Origin: Alphaproteobacteria bacterium
GTDB taxonomy: Bacteria > Bacteroidota > Bacteroidia > Bacteroidales > FEN-979
Direction: 5' to 3'
Assembly (NCBI GenBank): GCA_009928665.1
Contig: SACF01000016.1
Coordinates: 7,474 to 71,473 of the forward strand
DNA length: 64,000 nucleotides
Of the stretch, positions 18,871 to 26,597 are shown in pieces. A program made the translations under genes and the position numbers. Within the stretch, counting starts at the first letter, position 1, and each line of letters begins with the position of its first letter. The notes beneath the pieces were generated by a model that saw only the letters and a list, made by a program, of their open reading frames with translations, was not told the origin of the DNA and made no database searches.

Positions 18871-21270
18871 TTACCAGAGCTTCGGGTATTTGTTGGGGTT
18901 ATACTCGTGCATCATAAGGTAAATCGTTTCAAAAACATCTTCAGCATTGGGATTCGAGAAGTAGTCACCGTCGTTGGTATAAGCCGGACGATGGTCATTG
19001 GCGGTAAGGGTGCGGGGTTCCGCATCCAGGAAATTAAATCCGCCTTGTTCTTCCAGAACCTTCTGCATCATGAAAGCAGTGGCCCCGCCGCTTCCATCCT
19101 CATCGAAGAAGAGGATTTTATTGGTCTTCTTCAGAGATTTCACAATTTCGTGGTTGAGGTCGAAAGGCAGCAGGGTCTGGACGTCGATCAATTCGACCGA
19201 GATGCCGAAATCGCTGATCTGGGGCAAGGCTTCCTGCGCGATTTTTACACAGGAGCCATACGTGACCAGGGTAATGTCGGATCCCTCCTGCAAAACTTCG
19301 GGAACACCCAAAGGAATACGGTAATGTCCGATATTGGCCGGCATGCGTTCTTTCAGGCGGTAGCCGTTCAGGGGTTCGATAATCAGGCCGGTATCGTCGG
19401 AGGCCATCATGGTGTTGTAGAAACCTGCAGCCTGGGTCATGTTGCGGGGAACCATCACGTAGATGCCCCGGATGCTGTTGATGACCATGCTCATCGGCGA
19501 TCCCGAGTGCCAGATCCCGACCAGCCGGTGCCCGCGGGTGCTGATGATCATCGGCGCTTTTTGTCCGCCTTTGGTGCGGTAGCGGGTGGTGGCCAGGTCA
19601 TCGCTCATTACCTGTAACCCGTAAAGGAGGTAGTCGAAATACTGGATCTCGGCGATTGGACGGAGCCCGCGAAGAGCCAATCCCAGTCCTTGCCCGACAA
19701 TCGTGGCTTCCCTGATACCGGTATCGGAGATCCGCAGTTCGCCGTATTTTGCCTGCATCCCCTCCAACGTCTGGTTTACCCCGCCAATTTTTCCGACATC
19801 TTCTCCGAAGATCATAGCCAGTGGGTTTTCACGGAACAGCACATCGAAATTGGCGTTCAGGACTTCGCGACCCGTCACGACCGGGGCGTCTTCATTAAAT
19901 ACAGGAGGTATACCTTCCACCTTCAGAGCTCCGTCTTTCGATTCGCTGTACAGATCCGAACTGTATCGGTCGGCATTCAGCTTTCGCTGTTCTTCAAGCC
20001 AGGCTTCGAGATCGGCTTTCATCGGTTTTTTCATGCTGCAGGAGGTGCAGACATCGCGCATGATCTTCTTTGCGGCGGAGATGATGTCCTTGCGGATCGG
20101 TTCAGCAATAGCTTCGAGGTCGGCGACGATCTTATCGATCCGATCCTGCTTCTTGCAAGGGCAGTGGGTTGTTTTAACGACCGATACCAGGTGTTCGCGT
20201 TCTGCTTTGATTGGTGCGAGAAAATTCTTCCATGACCGGTCGCGGGCGGCTTTCGCGGTTTTAACAGCCCCCGCTTCGATGGCGTCGAGTTCTTCGGCGG
20301 TCGCGAGATTTTGATCCAGGATCCATTGCCGCATCAGGCGGATGCAGTCGTGTTCCTTTTCCCATTGCAGCCGCTCGGGCGATTTGTAACGTTCGTGCGA
20401 TCCGGAGGTGGAATGTCCCTGTGGTTGCGTCAGTTCAGTTACGTGGAAGACAACCGGGATGTGTTCTTTGCGACAGCGGTTAATGCCTTCTTCGTATATG
20501 TCGTGAAGCGCAGCATAATCCCAGCCATGGCAGGTGTACAGCAGGATTCCAGGTTTGTGTTCATCTGCCATGAATCCCTTCAGGAGTTCGGAGATGCTCT
20601 CCCGGGTTGTTTGGATTTTTTTTGGAACTGAGATTCCGTAGCCATCATCCCAGACCGATAATGCAAGTGGTACCTGGAGAACTCCAGCGGCATTAATGGT
20701 TTCGAAAAAGTGACCTTCGGAGGTAGAGGCATCGCCAATGGTTCCGAAGGCCACTTCATCTCCTTTAACGGTGAATTTTCCGGTGTGATCCCACATTTCA
20801 GGACTGTTCCGAAAAATTTTCGAGGCAAGCGCCAATCCGAGGAGGCGGGGCATCTGTCCGGCGGTGGGAGAGATATCGCCCGATGAATTCTTCTGTTTAG
20901 TCAGATCCTTCCAATTACCATTCGCATCGAGACTCCGGGTGGCATAGTGACAATTCATCAGCCGGCCCCCGTTATCGGGATTCCGTTCCAGGTCGGTGTC
21001 ACCGTACAACTGTGCAAATAAATGGTCGGGGTTCGATAAGCCGGCTGCCATCATGAAAGTCTGATCCCGGTAGTAGCCCGACCGCCAGTCTCCATCCCTG
21101 AAGAATTTGGCCATTACGATTTGCGGGATCTCTTTTCCGTCGCCGAAAAGTCCGAAGTTGGCTTTTCCGCCCAGCACCTCGCGACGTCCCAGTAAACTGA
21201 CCTGCCGGCTTTCGTTGGCAAGCTTATAATCGGCCAGTACCTCCGATTTCTTAAACACGCGTTGTTTCAT
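18871..21270 (-). CDS. fused 2-oxoacid dehydrogenase E1 alpha/beta (BCKDH-type, TPP-dependent)
   Basis: 799-aa ORF with an N-terminal E1-alpha-like TPP half and a C-terminal transketolase-like E1-beta half (IFGEDVGKIGGVNQTLEG...). No E2 or E3 gene is adjacent. Confidence 0.85.
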   Translation of the reverse strand: MKQRVFKKSEVLADYKLANESRQVSLLGRREVLGGKANFGLFGDGKEIPQIVMAKFFRDGDWRSGYYRDQTFMMAAGLSNPDHLFAQLYGDTDLERNPDNGGRLMNCHYATRSLDANGNWKDLTKQKNSSGDISPTAGQMPRLLGLALASKIFRNSPEMWDHTGKFTVKGDEVAFGTIGDASTSEGHFFETINAAGVLQVPLALSVWDDGYGISVPKKIQTTRESISELLKGFMADEHKPGILLYTCHGWDYAALHDIYEEGINRCRKEHIPVVFHVTELTQPQGHSTSGSHERYKSPERLQWEKEHDCIRLMRQWILDQNLATAEELDAIEAGAVKTAKAARDRSWKNFLAPIKAEREHLVSVVKTTHCPCKKQDRIDKIVADLEAIAEPIRKDIISAAKKIMRDVCTSCSMKKPMKADLEAWLEEQRKLNADRYSSDLYSESKDGALKVEGIPPVFNEDAPVVTGREVLNANFDVLFRENPLAMIFGEDVGKIGGVNQTLEGMQAKYGELRISDTGIREATIVGQGLGLALRGLRPIAEIQYFDYLLYGLQVMSDDLATTRYRTKGGQKAPMIISTRGHRLVGIWHSGSPMSMVINSIRGIYVMVPRNMTQAAGFYNTMMASDDTGLIIEPLNGYRLKERMPANIGHYRIPLGVPEVLQEGSDITLVTYGSCVKIAQEALPQISDFGISVELIDVQTLLPFDLNHEIVKSLKKTNKILFFDEDGSGGATAFMMQKVLEEQGGFNFLDAEPRTLTANDHRPAYTNDGDYFSNPNAEDVFETIYLMMHEYNPNKYPKLW

Positions 21271-21494
21271 CTTTTAATGATTTTTATTTTGTTATCAAAC
21301 GGAATACCCGGGTTCACATAAATTAGCTTCAAAACAGAATACCCAAGATTAGTTCATTGGATAACATTGAAGCCTGGTGATCCGATCCGGCATTACGTCA
21401 GCAGTAATCCTGATCGGAGTTACGCGGATATTTCACATCAGCCGGGATTCACCAGCCGATTCGTGCCATCCGGCTGTATGAACCCCGCCAGTCA

Positions 21495-22073
21495 TCAGTA
21501 ATTTTCGGCCAGCAGTTCGAAATAACCCATCGGGTGCTGGCAGGCCGGGCAATTCTGCAGGGCTTTGGTTCCGAAGTGTACATAGCCGCATTTACGGCAG
21601 ATCCAGTACACTTTTTCTTCTTTTTCAAATACCTTGTTTTTCTCAAGGTTGGTAAGCAGTTTGCGATAGCGATTCTCGTGATGCTTCTCGACTGTGGCAA
21701 TCATTTTGAATGCCGTGGCAACTTTGGGAAAACCTTCTTCGCCCGCGATCTTGCCAAACTCGGGATAGAGTTCCGACCACTCTTCAAGTTCCCCATCGGC
21801 GGCAGCTTTCAGATTTTCAGCCGTAGTCCCGATAATTCCGGCCGGGTAGGTCGCGGTGATCTCAACCGGTCCGCCTTCCAGGAAACGGAAGAAAATCTTG
21901 GCATGCTGTTCTTCATTGAGAGCGGTTTCTGCAAAGAGTGCCGCTATCTGTTCATAACCCTCTTTCTGCGCCTGTTTGGCAAAAAAAGTATAACGGTTTT
22001 TTGCCTGCGACTCACCGGCAAATGCCTTGAGAAGGTTCTTTTCGGTAATGGTTCCTTTGATCGATTTTTCCAT
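21495..22073 (-). CDS. rbr: rubrerythrin
   Basis: Ferritin-like diiron helices (EKNLLKAFAGESQAKNRY, EEQHAKIF) plus a C-terminal rubredoxin-like WICRKCGY...CPACQHP. I place the start at MEKSIKGT (ATG rc 22071-22073). Confidence 0.9.
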   Translation of the reverse strand: MEKSIKGTITEKNLLKAFAGESQAKNRYTFFAKQAQKEGYEQIAALFAETALNEEQHAKIFFRFLEGGPVEITATYPAGIIGTTAENLKAAADGELEEWSELYPEFGKIAGEEGFPKVATAFKMIATVEKHHENRYRKLLTNLEKNKVFEKEEKVYWICRKCGYVHFGTKALQNCPACQHPMGYFELLAENY

Positions 22074-22109
22074 AGTGATGATTTTTTTAACCAAAAATAG
22101 TAGTTTTTT

Positions 22110-22268
22110 TCAGATCATCACATAGTCCTCTTTGCCGACCCCGCAAATCGGACACACCCAGTCGTCGGGAATAAGTTCGAACGGGGTTCCCGGTTGTATT
22201 CCCGAATCGGGATCGCCTTTCGCGGGATCATAAATGTGCCCGCAGATGGTGCATTTGTACTGTTTCAT
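22110..22268 (-). CDS. rubredoxin (52 aa, not in the ORF track)
   Basis: My translation is [52 protein letters not shown], with the CxxCG...CPxCG rubredoxin signature. Confidence 0.85.
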   Translation of the reverse strand: MKQYKCTICGHIYDPAKGDPDSGIQPGTPFELIPDDWVCPICGVGKEDYVMI

Positions 22269-22277
22269 ACTTTAAAG

Positions 22278-22333
22278 TAGCGATTAGTTATTAGCGGATA
22301 GAGATTAGTTATTAGCGAATAGCGAATAGAATA
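22278..22333. repeat. heptamer tandem array (TAGNNNN, 8 units)
   Basis: The units read tagcgat tagttat tagcgga tagagat tagttat tagcgaa tagcgaa tagaata. The array lies between the gpx stop and the rubredoxin start. Confidence 0.9.
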
Positions 22334-22356
22334 TGGCATTAATTTAACATCAATCG

Positions 22357-22920
22357 TTACTCATTGTTTGTCAGTCCTTTGCCATCTATCCATTTAAGGA
22401 TCCGGTCGCTGGTTGGAGATTCTCCCGGACGTGCAAAACCGACCAGGTTACCATTCTCATCGATCATGAATTTCTGAAAATTCCATTTGACCGGCGCGTC
22501 GAGAACGCCATTCAGCGATTTGGTCGTAAACCATTTGTACAGCGGATCGATATCTTTTCCCTTGACCGATATTTTCGACATCATCGGGAAGGTTACGCCA
22601 TATTTGGTGGTACAGAACTCGATAATCTCGGCATTGGTTCCCGGTTCCTGTCCCAGGAAGTTGTTCGCCGGGAATCCGATGATGGTGAAATTGCCGGAGC
22701 CGTATTTCTGAAAGAGCGCTTCAAGCTGTTCATATTGCGGGGTATAGCCGCATTTCGATGCCACGTTGACTACCAGAACTTTTTTCCCTTTCAAAGTCGA
22801 AAGATCAAAAGGTTTTCCGTCGATCGCGGTTACCTTGAAATCGTAAAACGATTTACCTGACTGGGTCTGGCCCGTCAGGGTTATAAGCGTTGCCATAATT
22901 ATGAAAATTAGTGTCTTCAT
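22357..22920 (-). CDS. glutathione peroxidase family protein with signal peptide
   Basis: VLVVNVASKCGYTPQY, FPANNFLGQEPG and WNFQKFMI motifs. The catalytic residue is Cys (TGC), not Sec. The N-terminus MKTLIFIIMATLITLTGQ is signal-like. Confidence 0.9.
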   Translation of the reverse strand: MKTLIFIIMATLITLTGQTQSGKSFYDFKVTAIDGKPFDLSTLKGKKVLVVNVASKCGYTPQYEQLEALFQKYGSGNFTIIGFPANNFLGQEPGTNAEIIEFCTTKYGVTFPMMSKISVKGKDIDPLYKWFTTKSLNGVLDAPVKWNFQKFMIDENGNLVGFARPGESPTSDRILKWIDGKGLTNNE

Positions 22921-22968
22921 GAGATAATTAATTTAATTTGATGGGTCAGATGAACTACATTCCCGATG

Positions 22969-22976
22969 CAAAAATA
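22969..22976 (-). promoter_or_regulatory. candidate -7 box (TATTTTTG) for the glutathione peroxidase gene
   Basis: Matches TAnnTTTG, 48 nt upstream of the ATG at 22920. Confidence 0.3.
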
Positions 22977-23159
22977 AGTAAAAATCTTATTTATAATACG
23001 TCTAAATAAAAATAATTTTCTTAGTTATTGCACGGTTTCCTGATGAAGAGTTTATAGGCGCTTCATCTATCGGATCAGAAATGCAATAAATTAGTAGGAC
23101 TACCCGGAGGATGTGTTTTTATGGAAGGATCGATAACCGAAAAGGCGAAAGGGTTAAAT

Positions 23160-23266
23160 AATTCAAAATGCAAAGAAGGGATTAGGAATCAGCGATTAGC
23201 GAATAGGGAAAAACGTTAATTCAAAATGCAAAGAAGGGATTAGATTTGAGAATAGCGATTAGGGAA
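23160..23266. repeat. 58-nt direct repeat (about 1.8 copies)
   Basis: aattcaaaatgcaaagaagggattag occurs at 23160 and again at 23218 (26/26 identical). Both tails contain agcgatt/aataggg words. Confidence 0.85.
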
Positions 23267-23301
23267 GCAATATTGACCATCTCCGCTACCACGCTATATA
23301 A

Positions 23302-23349
23302 AATCACTCATTCACTCAATCACTCAATTTTATTAATCAGTCATTCAGT
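23302..23349. repeat. octamer tandem array (AATCACTC-type, 6 units; reverse complement of the GAGTGAAT family)
   Basis: The units read aatcactc attcactc aatcactc aattttat taatcagt cattcagt. The array ends 18 nt from the stop of the 23367-24380 gene. Confidence 0.9.
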
Positions 23350-23366
23350 CAACCAAACAGTCCGGA

Positions 23367-24380
23367 TCACCGAAGGATCATGATTTTCCGGGTTTCGGAG
23401 TATTGCCGGTCGAGGAGTATCTTCAGGAAGTAGGTTCCGGATGGGAGTTTTGAGACATCCAGTGTAAATTGGTCGCTATTGGAAACAGATCGACGTTCCA
23501 TACATTTTCCGATATTGTTATAAAGCTGAAAATCGACATCCTGATAAATTTTGTTAAGCGTGACCAGGGCATCATTGATGGCCGGGTTCGGGGTCACGAA
23601 GCTTCGTTGGGTTCCCGGCATCAACTCCCTGATCCCTCCGCCAATATCAATGGAGAAAAGCCTGATCTGGTCGATCATCCATCCTTCGCGGGAAGAAGGG
23701 ATGTTGTCGGAAATAAAATTGAACCGGTAAATGATGGTATCGTAGTCGAGGGCAAGAAATTGATTTTTCACCGCAATTTGAAACCATGCCATGCAGCTTT
23801 GAACCCATCCGTTAGACTTGCCTGAAAAGCCATGTTCCCCGTTAAAGAGCGTCTGGTTTTCCTGATAAAGATTGGTGTTTCCCCACGCCAATGGTTCCGG
23901 GTGGAGCGGTGTAACACAAAAATATTGTTGTGAGATGGTATCATCCAGGATGTTCAGAAAGGTTTGTCCGGCATCCCATGAAACAGATATATAGCCGCCA
24001 TCCTGGAGGGTATCGGTGTCGAACTGGTGCCTGAAATCGATGAATATACTCCAGAAGAACCAACCCGCATAAAAGCCACCCATTGCCGATGGACCGAAGC
24101 CGAATTCAAATGTGGAGTGGTTATTTTCAGGATAGTTTCCCAGTGTATCGGTTACAATGGCGCGCGGGAGTGACCAGGCCTGGTTGAACAGGGTTTTCTG
24201 CGGGACCCCGATCTGCCATATGTTTGCAGGAGAAGCGATAACCGAAATATTGGAGGAGGGCTCCTCGAAGGTGATGGTGGTAAACGGACCGATGGTATCG
24301 CCCGGCGACTTGTGCTCGGTTACCTGCGCAAAGACGGCCATCTGAGCAAGTAACAGAAAAAGAAAGGATATTTTTTTCAT
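23367..24380 (-). CDS. hypothetical secreted protein with T9SS C-terminal sorting domain
   Basis: Signal peptide MKKISFLFLLLAQMAVFAQ. The C-terminus FVTPNPAINDALVTL...LPSGTYFLKILL...KIMILR is CTD-like. Confidence 0.75.
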   Translation of the reverse strand: MKKISFLFLLLAQMAVFAQVTEHKSPGDTIGPFTTITFEEPSSNISVIASPANIWQIGVPQKTLFNQAWSLPRAIVTDTLGNYPENNHSTFEFGFGPSAMGGFYAGWFFWSIFIDFRHQFDTDTLQDGGYISVSWDAGQTFLNILDDTISQQYFCVTPLHPEPLAWGNTNLYQENQTLFNGEHGFSGKSNGWVQSCMAWFQIAVKNQFLALDYDTIIYRFNFISDNIPSSREGWMIDQIRLFSIDIGGGIRELMPGTQRSFVTPNPAINDALVTLNKIYQDVDFQLYNNIGKCMERRSVSNSDQFTLDVSKLPSGTYFLKILLDRQYSETRKIMILR

Positions 24381-24510
24381 ATCTGATGAATTGGGATGGG
24401 AGTTTTATCGAATGATTCGAATGATAATATTACACTCAAATATATGTATTTTTTGGCTTGATATTCAGATTGTTGAAAAATAAATTTCGGTTTGTCAAAA
24501 TTGAAATCAG

Positions 24511-24826
24511 GCATCAGGAATTGGGCATTAGCCATTAGGGGAAAACAGATCAAGGATCAAGGATCAAAGCTCAAGGCTCAAGGCTCAAAGGGTTTCAGTG
24601 TTTCAGTGTTTACTCACAGGAGTGTTTATTTTCAGTGGTGTTCGTGATTGCTTCGCAATTCAGGGTTTCAGGGTTCAAATGAGGCAATAGGCAATAGAGA
24701 AAAAAGCAATAATTTGAAATTTTCACATTAGCACATTAGCACATCAGCACATTCTCAAATCCTCAAATCGTTTTCCGTTTTCCATTTTCCATTTTCAATT
24801 GTCAATTGTCAATTGTCCATTCTTCG
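24511..24826. repeat. 316-nt mosaic of at least 9 different 7/8-nt tandem words
   Basis: The words are gcatcag-type x4, gatcaag/gctcaag x6, gtttcagt x3, cagggttt x2, ggcaata x2, cacattag x4, ctcaaatc x2, and ttttcc(g/a)/ttttcaa/ttgtcaa/ttgtcca x8. Confidence 0.95.
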
Positions 24827-24862
24827 TCCACTTGTTCAGTGGTGCTTTGGTTTTCCCGGCTA

Positions 24863-25186
24863 TCACTCACTTTCGGTGTTCAGCTTCCTGATTTTCGCGT
24901 TAAGAACTTTGTAGATTCCCAGGGAGACGAGAAACAGGATTCCCCATTGAATCAGGATGCGGGAATAGTTGATGAGGATGTATGATTCGAAACCATACGG
25001 GCTATGGGGTGGGGTGGCAAAAAAATGGTATCCGACCGGAACTTTCCGAATATCTCCGAACGGGTCAACTACAGCGTCCCACGGCGGAAACAGGGCTGTG
25101 AGGATAAAGATCAGGAAACACAGGAACAACAATCCGTTTCTGATCCTGATCATTTGTCTTGTATGCTTTTCGTGGGTTATCTTCAT
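24863..25186 (-). CDS. hypothetical small membrane protein
   Basis: 107-aa ORF with two hydrophobic helices (LLFLCFLIFILTALF, ILFLVSLGIYKVL). I recognise no family. Confidence 0.4.
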   Translation of the reverse strand: MKITHEKHTRQMIRIRNGLLFLCFLIFILTALFPPWDAVVDPFGDIRKVPVGYHFFATPPHSPYGFESYILINYSRILIQWGILFLVSLGIYKVLNAKIRKLNTESE

Positions 25187-25485
25187 GCTGAATGTTTAAA
25201 CATGCGGAACTGCTGTTGTAGACTTCGACCAATTTAGTTTGCAAAAAATCGCAAATCCACTCGCACAATAGAATTGAATTTAGGCGATGTTACTTCCAAA
25301 AAATCACAAATATTCAACATAGCATGTTCATTTTTGGTGGTCGGGTCATGCAACCGTTGCCCGGACTGCAAGACAAATATAATTCATTTCCGGAAAAATG
25401 TTTCATTGGCTCCGACATTTGAAGTCGAAATCGAAGGGAGCTGTTTTTCGTGCTCTGGCGCCGGATTTTTCCGTTTCTTTGCACC

Positions 25486-26250
25486 ATGCCTTTGTTTTTA
25501 GCCTCCATCAATTCGGGAAGTAACGGAAATTGTTATTATATCGGCAATGAAACCGAAGCCATACTTATTGATGCGGGAATCTCGAACCGGGAAATCATCC
25601 GCAGGATGAACGGTTTGGGATTGCCGATCGAAAAGGTGAAAGCAATCTTTATTTCCCATGAGCACACCGACCATACCCGTGGGGTGGCGGTTTTGTCGCG
25701 GCGCCATCGCATCCCGGTTTACATCACCGAAAAGACACGCTGGTACAGCGGAATCGGTTTCGATAAGGATCTGGTACGCCCTTTTTCCGGTGGTGAGCCG
25801 GTGCCTGTGGGTGGGCTATCCGTTGAACCTTTTCTGAAGTCCCATGATGCCGCAGATCCGCACAGTTTTACCGTTCACGGCGATGGTGTCACCGTGGGGG
25901 TGTTCACCGATCTGGGACTGGCCTGCGACCGGGTCATCCATCAGATGGGGCGATGCCATGCAGCCTTCCTTGAGTCAAACTACGATGAAGGGATGCTTGA
26001 ACGCGGGCCGTATCCCCGCTACCTGAAGCGGCGCATACGGGGAGAGCAGGGCCATCTTTCGAATCTCCAGGCGCTGGAGCTCTTCCTCAACCACCGTTCA
26101 CCGGAGCTGAAACTGCTTATCCTTTCCCATCTATCTGCGCAAAACAACCATCCCAAACTCGTAGGGGATCTTTTTTCCTTCCATTCCAACGGGGTGCGCA
26201 TCGAAGTGGCTTCACGTTCGGAGGCCTGCGGTGTTTTCAGGGTAGAATAA
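25486..26250 (+). CDS. MBL-fold metallo-hydrolase
   Basis: HxHxDH motif in FISHEHTDHTRG. I place the start at MPLFLASINSGSNGNCYYIG (ATG 25486). Confidence 0.85.
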   Translation: MPLFLASINSGSNGNCYYIGNETEAILIDAGISNREIIRRMNGLGLPIEKVKAIFISHEHTDHTRGVAVLSRRHRIPVYITEKTRWYSGIGFDKDLVRPFSGGEPVPVGGLSVEPFLKSHDAADPHSFTVHGDGVTVGVFTDLGLACDRVIHQMGRCHAAFLESNYDEGMLERGPYPRYLKRRIRGEQGHLSNLQALELFLNHRSPELKLLILSHLSAQNNHPKLVGDLFSFHSNGVRIEVASRSEACGVFRVE

Positions 26251-26269
26251 GCGGAAGGATAACTTTAGT

Positions 26270-26345
26270 TTTACAGATTTAAAATTTTCTATTTACGATT
26301 GAACAAGATTTTCGATTTACGAATGAATTGCTGATCAATGAATGT
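26270..26345. repeat. degenerate heptamer tract (ATTTACG family)
   Basis: The tract reads tttacag atttaaa attttct atttacg attgaac aagattt tcgattt acgaatg.... Its core is shared with 44261-44297. Confidence 0.7.
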
Positions 26346-26445
26346 TATTTTCAAATTAAATATAACAGGTTAATGTCAAACCTCATGGTATATGATCGTA
26401 TTCATAAGGTGGTTACCATAAATCAGAAATCGAACATTCAATCTA

Positions 26446-26516
26446 AAATCATGTCAATTATAAATCATTGAGTTTTAAATCATGTCAATCGTAAATCATG
26501 TCAATCGTAAATTAAT
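26446..26516. repeat. ~16-nt tandem repeat (AAATCATGTCAATCGT, about 4.4 units)
   Basis: The units read aaatcatgtcaattat / aaatcattgagtttt / aaatcatgtcaatcgt / aaatcatgtcaatcgt / aaattaat. The array lies upstream of the ABC transporter gene. Confidence 0.9.
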
Positions 26517-26563
26517 ACATCTCTGATTGTGCCGGCAAGGCTTTTTAATATTTCCGGATTTTA

Positions 26564-26571
26564 TAGCTTTG
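26564..26571 (+). promoter_or_regulatory. candidate -7 box (TAGCTTTG) for the ABC transporter operon
   Basis: Matches TAnnTTTG, 26 nt upstream of the ATG at 26598. Confidence 0.35.
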
Positions 26572-26597
26572 CTTTCAATTAAAATTATCCTGTAATC

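Noticed and set aside
18844-19617. 257-aa ORF antisense to the fused E1 alpha/beta gene, and the ORFs at 19690-20314.
   Set aside because: These are shadow ORFs. The minus-strand frame carries clear TPP-enzyme motifs over its full length.
21534-22100. 188-aa ORF antisense to rubrerythrin.
   Set aside because: The rubrerythrin motifs on the minus strand are unambiguous.
22357-22920. Possible selenocysteine-containing glutathione peroxidase.
   Set aside because: The catalytic position is encoded by TGC (Cys) in VASKCGY, and there is no in-frame TGA.
24511-24826. Possible CRISPR array or other spacer-repeat structure; I considered the same for 26446-26516.
   Set aside because: The period is only 7-16 nt and the units abut directly, with no unique spacers. 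No cas genes are in the window.
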